Shown: piece after piece, positions 25,701-38,395 of the stretch | Layout of the letters: the number at the start of each line of letters is the position of its first letter | How positions within the stretch are numbered: position 1 is the first letter of the stretch | Assembly: GCA_038087875.1 (NCBI GenBank) | Contig: CM075993.1 | Span: 434,001 to 498,000, forward strand | Length of the DNA stretch: 64,000 bases | Reading direction: 5' to 3' | Source of the DNA: Malacoraja senta | Lineage: Eukaryota | Program-made: the position numbers and the translations under genes | Notes under the pieces: model-generated | Databases searched by the model: none | What the model was told of the DNA's origin: nothing | What the model saw: only the letters and a program-made list of their open reading frames with translations

Positions 25701-28700
25701 TGTTGCTGATTCAACTTTCTGTTTGTAGCAAGGATGGAGCAGATGAGAACCGCCCAGTTATCATCCATCGTGCTGTGCTAGGATCGCTGGAACGCATGGT
25801 GGCTATCCTTGCTGAGGACTATGCTGGGAAATGGTAATGCTTCAAAGCCAAACAACACAGGGCAAGTGAGTTTCCCCACTGAGTCTCGGGTCACCCTGGC
25901 ACTGCGTTATTGGCTCTGTGGGGAATCCTGTCCAAGGTTATGTGCGTGGTGTTGGATTGAGTGCTTTGTTGGATTTGTCACTTTGTGGACGGTGCAAGTG
26001 ATGTGAAGTAGGAATTCATTATTATATTCAACCAGAAAAGCCGAACAGATGATCCATCTCAGCTTCGTGCAGAGGTGCATCTGCTGCCCACGTGCGTCAC
26101 AGAGACCACTCACCTGCCAATACAATTTATTCCATATAATGTCAGTTACCGGTTAAGAGCACAGATATGGCACAGATTGCTGGACTAGACAAGATCCCAT
26201 CTCCAGTACTGAAACCCTGTACACCAGAACTAGACATGCCTCCCGCCAAGCTGTTCCAATGTTACAACACTGCCATCTGACCGCACCATAGGGAAACTTG
26301 CCCAGGTGTGTCCTGTTTACGAGGAGCATGACGAATCCAATAGGGTGATTACCATCCAACTAATCTAAACTCAGGCAATGATAAAGTCATGGGCCCTGCC
26401 ATCAACACTGGCTCATAAGTGATAGGAGCAGAATTAGGCCATTCGACATGACATCCGGAGGCTGCAGTGCATCGTTCGATCAGCTGAGAAGGTTGGCTGC
26501 AACCTTCCCCCCCCCATCGATGAACTGTACACTGCAAGGGCCAGGAAACGAGTGAGTAAGATTATCTCTGACCCCTCTCACCCTGGCCACAAACTCTTTG
26601 AAACACTTCCCTCTGGAAGGCGACTCCTGACTGTCAAAGCAACCACAGCCAGACATAAAAACAGCTTTTTTCCACAAGCTGTAGCTCTACTCAACAGCCA
26701 AAAGTCTGTAGCCTCCTTTTGCTCTGGTATTTTATTTCATTCTTCACATGTTTAAATTACTATGTATTATTTTTAATTGTCTACTGTATATCGTGTTGTT
26801 ACTTGCAAGCAAAGCACCAAGGCAAATTCCTTGTCTGTGCACATACTTGGCTAATAAAATGTATTCAATTCAATTCAATTCAACTCAAGTCTACTCCGTC
26901 ATTCAGCCATGGCCAATAACCCTTGACACTCATACTAATCAAATGGCAATTGGCAATATGTGTCAAATGGTAATAACCAACTCACTGATGCACAGTTTGG
27001 ATTTGGCCAGGACCATTTGGTTCCAGATTTCATCAGAGTCTTGATTAAATTGTGAACCAAAGCACAGTATGTCAGAGGTAGGGAGTGATTGCCCATGATA
27101 TTGAGGCAGCCTTTGACTCAATATGGCCTCTATCAGCATCGCGAGACCCTGCAAACAGTGAGCTGGGAGCTCTGTAAACACAGGCTCACTCAGTGGGCTT
27201 CCTGGAAGCACCAATGTTATCTTGGGGATACTTTGATCCCTTTGACATCGCCATGCAAAAGCTCCTTAATTTGAATGGATGGACAATGCGAGATACCTAG
27301 GGTGATGATGAGCATTAAACAGCATTGTATGAGTTGCTGGATAATGGACTGTGTTCTGAAGACAGGAACTTGAATATCTGGTATTTGAACTCGAGTCATC
27401 CAATCATGATGTAAGTATTGAATACCGCGATGGTTGAATTGTTGTAAAACTCATTTCACCGACTCGTGCTTCGTGGGGAAAGAAATTTGTCTTCCCGGTC
27501 ATCCAGTGTTACTATTAGTGACTGCAATCCCACCAGTGTGGTTGACTCTCAGGGCAAGTTGAATTGGACATTAAATTACCCCCACCCCCCATTTCAGTGA
27601 TGTTCCCATCCCTTACCTGAATGAAAGTATCCATTTCCCAATGTTGTTGAGTTGAATGGAAAGGTGCTGGTGCTGCATGTGAACTGCTTGTTATTTTGGT
27701 AACTAGGATTATCTCATTATCAGCATTCAGATCTGAAGACTCCATTTATCTTGTGGTAGATTTTCTGTGCCTGTGCCATCTGATCTTGTTGTTCATTTGG
27801 TATTCATTTGGGCTGTCTCAACTTGCCACTTTTGTTAAATTCAACAAACTTCTTTTCTTGACCTTTGGCAAAAGAAACTCGGCCACCCAGTTTTCTGAAT
27901 CCCCTGTGCCGGGTATACTTTAATCTTGGGGTTGGGTTGGAGTGTCTGGTATGTGAGGCTTTATCAGTCCTGGAGAAGTTTCACAGTTGGATTGGGCTCT
28001 GTTACCTGTATCAGGATGGGCGAATCAGATGTGAGCACAGCAGGGTGTTGAATGAAAGAAGACATTTGCTAAAAAGCGTTGATAAAGAACTTATCAATGT
28101 CAGAACAGATATCACAGGCTTCGTTAACTTGCTACAGCTGGGCCGTCGAGATTAAACCAGAACTTATCCTCACACCGTCTGTCTCACAGGCTTTCCCTGG
28201 GCGATTGGTCTGTGATTATCCCACTGCCCCTAGATTGACCTTTGTCTTAATTGTTTATCCACGTTCCGCCCTCCTGACTAAAGTAGGGCTGGTTTGTTGT
28301 TCCCTCTACACGAGTGACTGATTTTGATGGGAGATTTCAGTGGAAGCAGAATGAACATTACCTGTGGGGAATCGGGACAGTACTCCCTTGGTTGGGATGT
28401 CAGATCCGTTCAGGGGCCTTTTTCACTGCCATGCCCAGCTCCTCCACACCATATTTAAACTGCTGGTGGGGAGGGAGGGGGGCGGTGCTACCTCTCTGCC
28501 CAGCACACAAGGAATGGCTTCTGGCTACAGGTGGGAACTGGCTTTCTCTCCGGCCTGTTCCCCAAAATTGGCAAAAAAATACAGGAGGTCCCTGTGGGAG
28601 CATGCATACGAAATAGTAATGGGATACAAAAACAGGCCCTTCCACCCAACTTGTCCAAGATGCCTGCTGTGAGCTACTCCCATTTGCCTGCGCAATGCCC

Positions 28701-31299
28701 ATATCCCTCAGAAGCTTTACTGTCCATGTACATGTCCGTGTCTTTTACACATTGTAATTAAAACCGCCTCTGCCACTTCCATTGACAGCTCGTTCCACGT
28801 ATCCACCACCCTATGAGGAAAATGTTGTCCCTCAGGTTCCTATTAAAGATTTCCCCTCTTATCTTAAAATTATGCCCGCTTTTTTAATGGTCCCCTACCC
28901 TGGGAAAAGACACACCTTATCTATGCCCCTCATGATTTTACTAACCTCTGCAAGATCACGCTCAGCCTATCCAACTATTACATCTATTAAATCTTCCAGA
29001 CCATAACAACCTCATATCTCTTTTATATATTTTCCACTTGAATGACATCTTTCCTGTAGCAGGGCGTGTAAAACTGTACACAGTACTCCAAATGTTGCTT
29101 ACCAACGTCTTGTGTAGCTGTAACATGACGTCCCAACTTCTGTACTCCATACTCTGACCAAAGAAGACAAAGATGCCGAATGCCTTCTTCACCACCCTGA
29201 CTAGCTTTGTTGCCACTTTCACTTAACCATGTACCTACATCCCTAGGCCTCTGTGTAGGAAGGAACTGCAGATGCTGGTTACACTGAAGATAGACACAAA
29301 ATGCTGGAGTAACGCAGCGGAACAGGCAACATGACTGGATAGAAGGAATTAGTGACATTTCGGGTCGAGACCTACAGAATGAAGGGTCTCAGATCTCAGA
29401 ATGGAGAAGGGTCTGAACCTGAAACATCACCCATTCTATCCAGAGATGTTGCCTGTCCTGCTGAGTTACTCCAGCATTTTGTGTCTGTCCCAGGCTTCTG
29501 TGTTCTACAACACTCCCCAGGTCCCTGCCATTCATTGTGTAGATCATGTGTGGTTCCAACACCTTGCATTTATCTGAATTTAATTAGATCTACTCACAGT
29601 TGATAAAGATCCCATCGTAATCTTAAATAACAATCTTCACTGTCCACTCACTATACTACAAATTATCGTGTCAATCTTCGTGGTTACCTGTTTAAAAAAT
29701 CTCGAACAAATCATGAGACATGATTTCCCATGCACAAAGATAGGGGGAGTTCAGGGCTAGCATGTTCCGGTAGAGTGAATGGCAAGGATGGCTGGAATAG
29801 GGAACCCATGGAAGATATTGAAGTTATGGTCAAGAAAAAGTAAGGAGGCATACATCAGCTTTAGGTATCTGAAGACTGGTGTGTGTGAATGCAAGGAAAG
29901 GCCTGAGCACTACAGATCAGTGAGCCTAACATCAGTGGTGGGTAAGGTGTTGGAAGAGTTTCTGAACAACAGGATAGTGGCACACCTCTACCCATCTCAT
30001 GAAAGCCTTTCACTTGCCTGTAAACAACCTCCCCCAATTACCTACTGAAATTTCCTTTTCTAATACCATTAAAATCGTGTTTATCCACATTTTGAACTGG
30101 TTGGACCAGTACTATCTTTTTCTGTAACTGTTTTAAAATAGAATGAAAAACCGTTAATTACTGAATGATTTGCATGATATTTTAAAACAATTTGCGTGAT
30201 ATTTTTAAACAATTTCTACTTGTTTAAATCTAGGCCTTTCTGGCTGTCGCCGCGGCAGGTCCTGGTGGTCGCTGGACCAGGCTGTGAGGAGTATGGCAGG
30301 AGGGTGAGCACAAGCTGTAACTTCCTTGGGTGACGTGCCACCTGTGCCAACAGCTCCTGACTCTCGTTTCTTGTAGGTTTGTCAGGAACTGACTGGGGCT
30401 GGTTTCATGGCAGATGTGGACCTGGACACTGGCTCAGTGCCTTATAAGAAGAAGAATTCTCAGCTCGCTCAATACAACTTTATCCTCGGTAGGCAAAACC
30501 ACTCTGCTCTGAGATCTTGTTTTGACAGCCTGCCCTCCCCACGGCCCCATTGCCCTTATTCAGGCAGGTGCAGCTATTGGGGCAGACCTGAGTACTGCCT
30601 CAAGAAGATGTGGAAAGATCACTCCTCGATTTCCCAGCTAAGGCCGACATTCATGATGCATTTTCTCTGGTTTGAATTTCTACCTTGATTGTGATAAATG
30701 AATGTTAATCAATTTGGTGCTACCATGGAACTTTCAGGGGTATAGTGTGGGCTTCCCTACTTTGAAGATGTGCTTGCAGGGTGGTGAGGTGAAAGGCAAG
30801 TGTCCTCAGTCTAGAGATAGCAGAGCAGAGGGACAGAGGCATCATGCCAGCCACAGGGACCCACACAGAAGATACTGGGAGAAGGTAAAACAAGGCTGAG
30901 GGTAGTGGAGGATTTGGACATTCCCATCCACACCAACAGGAGTGGGCATTGATGACCCTGTGTGTCTTTTATGTTTACACTGTGCAAGTTTGCTGAAGTT
31001 TTTGTTCCATGTTGGTGAGTTGTACTGAAGATGGGTCCATTTTTATGGCACTTCTTTTGCTTGCAGCGGTCGGAGAGAAGGAGAAGATGAATCACACAGT
31101 GAATGTCCGTATGAGAGATAACAAAGAGCATGTCGAGCAGTCATTGGCAGCAACGCTGGAGCAGCTGAGGTGGCTGCAACAGCAACGAGCTCCGAGGGCC
31201 CAGGAGGATTTCCAGCTTCCAGTCTGTGGTCGGGCGGATCCAAACCGTGACGTACTGAGAATTATAGCACCATGGAAGCATTCAGAAATATTAAAATAA
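16514..31299 (+). CDS. TARS3: Threonyl-tRNA synthetase-like paralog (TARS3/TARSL2), 12 detectable coding exons, about 546 aa, lacking TGS/N2 editing exons
   Basis: Exons with compatible phases: 16514-16756, 20082-20213, 21336-21434, 22492-22658, 24023-24185, 24518-24655 (GC donor), 25034-25111, 25197-25297, 25729-25833, 30234-30303, 30377-30488, 31067-31299 (1641 nt). ThrRS motifs include [74 protein letters not shown] and VGEKE. Exon 1 encodes the ArgRS-like leucine zipper typical of TARS3. The gene is adjacent to TM2D3, as in mammals. Confidence 0.9.
19000..19614. mobile_element. Possible Tigger/pogo-like MITE enclosing a CCA/CCG-rich low-complexity tract
   Basis: Ends CAGTAAATCC...TTATAACGGA and TCTGTTATAACGAGGGTTGACTG form imperfect TIRs. 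Confidence 0.45.
20234..20625 (-). mobile_element. CR1 LINE 3' end in TARS3 intron 2
   Basis: ORF track shows [16 protein letters not shown]; same family as 62178-62622. Confidence 0.75.
26455..26885 (+). mobile_element. Rex1/Babar LINE 3' fragment in a TARS3 intron
   Basis: [23 protein letters not shown]...[10 protein letters not shown] followed by AATAAA and an (ATTCA)n tail. Confidence 0.75.
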
Positions 31300-32286
31300 A
31301 TTACTCATTAATTGGAATTGCAACCTTGATGTTCTGGGCTGGAATGTATTCGAGGAATTGATGTGAAATTCAACTAGGAAGTAACACTACAATAAAAATA
31401 AACCAAAATTAGATTGTTGATTTATTCACAATATTGTTGATTCTGTGCATTTTCCTGGCAGTTGACTATTCGTGCGAATTTGTTCTGCTAATATTCAGTA
31501 GAATTACAGCAGCAGTTCAGTGCAAGGACAGGCCCTTCAACCCACCATGTCTGTGTCTACCATGATGCCAATCTAACTAATTGCATATGCTTGGACATGG
31601 CCCATATTCTTATTCCTTGTCTGTTTATATGCCTGTCTAAATGCCTCTTAGACATATATGCTTCTACCACCCCCATAGGCAGTGCGTTTCAGGTTCTTAC
31701 TACTCTCTGTTTAAAAAGAAACTGATCTTGCAAATCTCCTTTAAACTTTCCCCACCTCATCTTCAATCTATGTCCTTGAGTATTTGATCTGCCCTGGGGA
31801 AAAGTATTTGTGTACTCTATCTATGCATTTCATAATTGTATATGCTCTCATCAATCACTGACACTCCTTAGAAAAGTCCAAACTCTTTATAACTTACCTT
31901 CCAATCCATGCAACATCCTGTTGAACATCTTCACCACCATTTAAAAATGTTCTACCTCATTCCTTTCAGACCAGAAGTGCACATAATACTCCAAATATGG
32001 CCTAACCATGGCAGCGTGTGTGATGGGGATCGGGCATCTGTAGGTCTCAGTGGGCAGTGTGTGGAGTGGATATATACCCAAATGCTGGAGTAACTCAGCG
32101 GGACAGGCAGCATCTCTGGAGAAAAGGAATGGGTGATGTTTCGGGTTGAGCCCCTTCTTCAGTCTCGGCCTGAAACATCACCCATTCCTTCTCCCCAGAG
32201 ATGCTGCCTGTCCCATTTTGGGTCTATCTTTGGCTTAAACCAGCATCTGCAGTTCCTTCCTACATAGCGTGTGGAGGTGTGGGCAA

Positions 32287-32603
32287 NNNNNNNNNNNNNN
32301 NNNNNNNNNNNNNNNNNNNNNNNNNNNNNNNNNNNNNNNNNNNNNNNNNNNNNNNNNNNNNNNNNNNNNNNNNNNNNNNNNNNNNNNNNNNNNNNNNNNN
32401 NNNNNNNNNNNNNNNNNNNNNNNNNNNNNNNNNNNNNNNNNNNNNNNNNNNNNNNNNNNNNNNNNNNNNNNNNNNNNNNNNNNNNNNNNNNNNNNNNNNN
32501 NNNNNNNNNNNNNNNNNNNNNNNNNNNNNNNNNNNNNNNNNNNNNNNNNNNNNNNNNNNNNNNNNNNNNNNNNNNNNNNNNNNNNNNNNNNNNNNNNNNN
32601 NNN
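32287..32603. other. Assembly gap (317 N)
   Basis: Run of N between TARS3 and TM2D3. Confidence 1.
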
Positions 32604-32628
32604 CAAAGATCTCGCTATAGGATCTTTG
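32604..32628. mobile_element. 25-bp remnant of the same family (left flank hidden in the gap)
   Basis: caaagatctcgctataggatctttg; its reverse complement begins caaagatcctatagcga, like the other copies. Confidence 0.65.
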
Positions 32629-32659
32629 CTTGTGCTTCCGCTCAGCATTGCAGCATCTG

Positions 32660-32778
32660 CGGCCTTTATTTCCACTCGCCGCTGATTGGTGGCTTTCCGC
32701 GCGGGCTGTGATTGGCCCGGCTTCTCCGCGGCGTGATTGGCCGGTGTGGGTTGCCCCTCATTGGGCGGGGCAGCAGCA
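32660..32778 (+). promoter_or_regulatory. TM2D3 promoter: four reverse CCAAT boxes and a GC box within a CpG island
   Basis: ATTGG at 32685, 32711, 32736 and 32760; GGGCGGGG at 32763-32770, just before the ATG. Confidence 0.65.
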
Positions 32779-35700
32779 ATGGCGGCGAGGAAGCTTCTGC
32801 AGCGTCTGCTGCTGCTGGTGATGGCGGCGGCACTGGGAGCGGGAGCGGGAGCGGGAGCGGGAGCGGGCAGCGGTGAGTGCGGGGCCGGGGCTGCTCCTGA
32901 TGGCGGCGTTAATGGGAGCGGGAGGTGAGTGCGGGCCGGGGATCCGGACCCTGCCCGCGGTGGAGAACCTGGGCCCGGTCGGGGCGATGCGTTGGGCCTA
33001 ACCCCTTTACTTCTTGTCCTCAGAGTCTCCGAGTACCGGCGCCCCCGATGGCCTGCTCCAGTCCCGGGGCACCGGCATGCCCGCCGCCGGCGGCTTGGAC
33101 AGCACCCGCGCCCAGCCCGAAGTCGGTAAGTAAGCGCTGTGTGTGTGTGGCGGCCACGCCAGCTGGGAGCTCCACGTTCGCCGTGCCGCCGGTCTCCCTA
33201 CAATCACCATCTCTCTCTCCCTCCCCCCAGCGCCAACCACGCTGCCGCCCTACCTGGCGAGATGCCCGAGCGCCGGGCCGTGCAACAGGCTGCCGCCCGA
33301 CTGTGTCGACTGCTCGCTGCATTCTAACTGTGTCTACGGAAAGGAGGTTTCGTTCAACTGCACAGTCAAGCCAGGCGTACAATGCACGGTAAGTAACCGA
33401 TGCAACAAAAGAGGAATCTGGTAGATAGATCAGAGGAACAGGCCCTTCGGCCCACTATGTCTATGTCAACCCCACTTGCCAGCAGATTTTGTGTATGCCC
33501 AACCAGGCTTGGGGGCTTTCATGGCCTGCTGTTTATGTTCTTGTCTAGGTCAAGTAGTGCCAGAATTAACCTAAAATGTTGACTCATTTCATACACAATA
33601 ACTGATGTTTTGTGGCATTTTTTTCTTCTAATTATATTAAGGAACACAAAATTCTTAACAGCAAACTCGATCTGTTCAGCTTCTCGAGGTTCCCATGTGC
33701 AAATGGTTATTGGTTTTGTCTTTTTCCGATCTATTCTGCGTTTGTGTTTGCCTGTATGGGAAGCCAGCCTCCAGGTGTCTTGCCAGTATTCTTTACTCAG
33801 CTGCAAGTCAGTGCTACATGACTACAGCTGTTGAATCTTTCATTGTTTTGGGAGATAGTGGCAGTCTGTCAGGTCCCTTTGAGGATCTGTCAGAACCAAA
33901 CTAGTTCTATCTGGTTGTGTGACTAATATTGTGGCTACAAGAGTAGGTTTGATACTGGGTAACCCGCTGGTGTCCCAATGGCCTTCCACCATCTACGTCA
34001 GGATGTGATTACTTGCCAAGGCTATCCTGGCAGCAGCCTTCAAATCTGCAAGAAGAATAAGGGCAGCAAATGCACAGGATTGCGACCACCCACAAGTATC
34101 CTTCAGTTGCGCACCATCCTGACAACTCCACTGCTATTACTGTGTCTAAATCCTTGAACCTCTGCCCCACTGCAGCTGTTCATGTTAGTCTTAAAGGTAA
34201 TTAATGTTGGACAGTAAATACACTTTGCCAGAAAAATGCCCAGATCTGAAAACATAAATTTAAAAAAAATGTTTCTCAGCCTTTAGCTTCTAATGTAGCA
34301 CACTCATCCTTGGTGGAACATGGTTCAGGCATCTGGCAATGCTGCCACTCTGCACCCACCCCCAGCTTTGTAAATGAGACACTTGAATATTGAAACCATT
34401 CACAACCTTGGAGGGGAAAAAGGGTTAGGATTGCAGTGGTTTATCAGAGGTGATAACTGGAGCCCTACGAGGAGCATGGGAGAAAAACATAGCTACCATG
34501 GTGTAGATTAGCTGACTTTGCATGTAAAGTAATGGATTCTGGCGCATCAGTGACTTTGTTATCAATTATTTATTATTGTTCACATGTTTTTATTCTGTTT
34601 GCTACTCAGGATGAGAATAAGATAGAACAAAAAACATTTTGGATATCAATGGTCTGTCAGTTCTGTTGGCAGTTGCCTCCCACTCTGTACCAGTGCAAGG
34701 AAAGTACGAAATGCAAGACGGTGCGGTGCCCACGTGAATACTTTATTTCCAACTGCACAGCTCTGGAACATGTGCATTGTCTTGGTAGGTAGTCTTCGAA
34801 GGGGCAAACATTGGTGCTGTGTGATTTGTGTAGCAATGTTACAAAATTTTGAGATTTAAAAAATAAAGTCTGCAATTTATCCCATCAGATAAAGCATAAA
34901 AAGAAGTTTAATTTGACACTTAATTCACTTTCATATCTTCAGTATTAAAAAAGTTATGGCCATTATCATACTCAGAAATTAGCATCTAGTTCCCTATTGC
35001 TTTTCCATTGACTTAACACAAAAGCTGTGATCGAGGACAGTTAAAAGCCCATAACTTTCTTAAAAATTATGGTAACTGAAAGAAATTTTCAGGTATTATA
35101 GATTGAAGCATTCTGAAACAAATATGAAACAATCTTACTTCGAAGACATGAAAGTAAAGCATATAATTAGTTAGTTACCTAATTGTAGCTAATTACAAAA
35201 TTCAATTACTAGATCTAAACATCTATCAATTTCTTAAGAATAGGTTAACATTTTTAAATAGCCTAAGTGTCCAAATAACATTCACACAATAATTCACAAT
35301 ATAACATAATTTTTAAATCTAATTTTCATGAATTTACAGGCCAAATGGAAGGAATTGAATGTTTAATACCTGTAAATTAATGGGCATTTAATTCATCTTG
35401 CGAGTGAGAATTTCTGGAACGCGATCTTTTGGAACGTTCATTTGCGGTGAATTTAACCCCGTATTGGCATGAAAAATACTGCCGTTAATTCGGGGAATAA
35501 AATCACCGTGTCGCATGACAAAATGTGAATTAAAGGCTTCTTAAGAAGCACTTTTATACATTTAAAGAAAGCACTTTTGTTTACCTGTCCATTGTGTGAA
35601 ATCCGTCCCCGTTATTGGCGTTGACGCTTCAGGAGCTGCTTTTAAAATGACTGTAGCGCTGACATTGACGATTTAATTTTTTTAAAAAATTCACAAATCG

Positions 35701-38395
35701 CCGGTAGGAACGATTTTGTCAGCGAAGGTTTGTACTCCAACAAAATATTTCCAGGACAAGGGAGGAGAAACCGCGTTTTAACCCCGCCCCCCCCCTTAAA
35801 GGCGCCAAAATCGCGCACACGGCCAGTGGCAGAATTACAGCGCGACTGAAGGTAAGTTTTGTAACATACCTAATTTGTGTCCGTGCAATGACTTTATTCA
35901 AGATATGGATAGTTCTGCTATAATTCAATAGTTGCTTTCCTAAGAAACTGTTCATCATAGAAAATCCCTAACCCTGACCGAATATGTGGTATTCCCAAAG
36001 TCGTCAATGATTTATCCAGTTAGCCATATGGAAATACGTGAACCAATGGTTTAATAGATTTGGTGAAGTCCAAGTAGTTTAATCATTTAAATGTATTGGA
36101 CAGGTGTAAAAAATAACAATGTTGATTCTTATTTGATAAGCTATAATACAAAGGATTAAAATGATGCTGTAATAACTAATCAAAAGTCAGGTTAAGTTAA
36201 ATAGTTCTAAGTAGTGCATCCAGGAAGAGTACATTGGGCATTGAGGGAAGACAGTGTTGATGTACTAGAGCTGATAACTGAATTCAGGCACGGATTGCCA
36301 GGGTCATGTTCCCTGGCATATGAAGGTTTAATGACTGGATCAAAGTTACAAGTGAGGGAATACTGCTGGGATAAACAGAATCAACTATTTTGATTTTGGA
36401 AAGGCTTAAAAATAGGGGATGCAGGTGAAGAATTGAGACCACAATGGTTTTCAGCAATAACCGTAAACATTGCTGTGAACTTGTGGACCTTTTTCTACAA
36501 ACTGCAATTTATTGTGTAATTTGTTTATAATTTTTTTTTTTTTAATTGTTAAAACCTGATCGATTGCACAGGTCCTTGAGATGTGCCAACTCTTTTGCGT
36601 GGCTTTGTGCTCTGACAATTTGGTAAATATTGTCAATCAAATCTGGGCTGCATTTGACTGAGTGCTGCTGTGATGTCATGCGGTATTCCTCAGACCTCCT
36701 GGCGTCTGTACCGGGTCCACGTCCATCACTTATTCGTTAGGTTGGCACCAAGACTACTTTCACTGTAGTGATTTCTTGACCACTCTGACACAGACAAAAC
36801 ACACATAGAACACATCAAATGTAAATGTCTCGAAGTCTGAGATTTTGTTTTCTTTGTCAGGTAATCGCACATTTCAGAAGAAGATGTATTGCAATTGGAC
36901 AGGGGGTTACAAATGGTCAACTGCTTTGGCTCTGAGGTAAGGAAATATTTTGATTCTTGAGTGAGGATGTTTTGTTTTTAAACCTTTCTGTATGCTAGTT
37001 AATAGTCCCGTGGTAAGTAAGGTCGTTAAGAACGATTTTGGCCGTTTCTTGCATGAAATGCATCCCCCCAGGGATATCTGATTCTTCTGCCTCCACTCAG
37101 TCCCCACCGATCATCACCCCGTACCTTGGTAGTTATGGCCACAATGACTGGTGTTGAATGTAGAAAACTTTATAATTGGCCCTTTGATAGTTATTTCTGG
37201 AGCACTGATTGCATGTAAAGCCAGCATTTATTGCATTACATTAATTGCTGCATGAATTTAATTACTTGCCAGACTAGTTCAGAGGACAAAGATGTACGGC
37301 TGGAAAACTCTGATCAGTTAGAGATAATGTCTTGAGTCAATTACTTTAGGCCAGAATTGTAGCCTCATTTGCTTGGAGTGCATGGATTAGGTGAGGGTGG
37401 CAGTCTTGCTTCCCTGATAAAACATTGCCATTGCATTTTGCCCAAATCTGACAATTCTATAATGACAAATGGCAGCATTTGATTTCAGTGATTTATCTGA
37501 TTGTAATACTCTTAATATGTGAGCAGCAAGGGTTTGGAGTATTTAAATCTTTTGGAGTGTGGGATACTTACAAAAGGTTTCAGCTGAGCAAATGAGGGAC
37601 AGTGATAATATCGATTCAAAATTATTTTGATACAGTTCTATGGTCAGAATCAAAGGCCTGATTAGTTTCAATTGACCTGATTTTTTTTTGGGGGGCGGGG
37701 TTTGAGAGCTAATCTCTGGTGAGGGAACACATTTTGACGTGTTCATTTTGGATTGAGCAAAACAAAACTTTCATTGAAGCTGTGTGGTCTTTTTGACTGG
37801 CAGTATTTGCATTCCCAGTAACAAACCGTTCTCAATCTTTGCAGTAAGTCATAGGTTGTGTTATATGGTTGTTGTTTTTTCCCACTTAAGCAGATAACCT
37901 ACATGAACGCAGGCATTCTGTGGCTCTCTCGACTCATTCCAAACAGTGATTCATTATGTAGAACATTTGAAAATGTTCATCTGCAGCAAACTGTGTCATA
38001 TAATATCTGTTGACAGCGGGGAGTGGGTGGGAGGGGGAGACACTGGATCGTGATCAGCAGCTGGGCTTGGGTTAATCGGTAAACTTTCTTTTACCAGGAC
38101 ATGGGCTTGACTAGTATCTAAGAGCAGGTGTTGAACCCACACTTCTAACCAGTTTGCTATCATGTAGACATGTTCATTCTCATGCATATACTTTCTCTTT
38201 GCTTAACTGAAATTTTGATTTGATTTCAGCATCACTTTGGGAGGGTTTGGAGCTGACCGATTCTATTTGGGCCAATGGAAGGAGGGTCTTGGTAAACTCT
38301 TTAGCTTTGGCGGCCTTGGAATATGGACCTTGATAGATGTGCTGCTAATTGGGATTGGCTATGTTGGGCCTGCTGACGGCTCGTTGTACATCTGA
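32779..38395 (+). CDS. TM2D3: TM2 domain-containing protein 3, 6 exons, 256 aa
   Basis: Exons 32779-32872, 33024-33125, 33231-33388, 34610-34784, 36861-36936, 38230-38395, all GT-AG and in frame (771 nt). Encodes a signal peptide, a Cys-rich ectodomain (CNRLPPDCVDC, CQFCWQLP) and the TM2 domain YCNWTGGYKWSTALALSITLGGFGADRFYLG...GPADGSLYI*. Confidence 0.95.
34833..35870. mobile_element. Non-autonomous DNA transposon, about 1.04 kb, in TM2D3 intron 4
   Basis: Terminal inverted repeats GCAATGTTACAAAA ... TTTTGTAACATACC, flanked by TA on both sides; no transposase ORF. Confidence 0.7.

Noticed and set aside
32201-32711. ORFs of 138-146 aa
   Set aside because: Artefacts of translating through the N gap.
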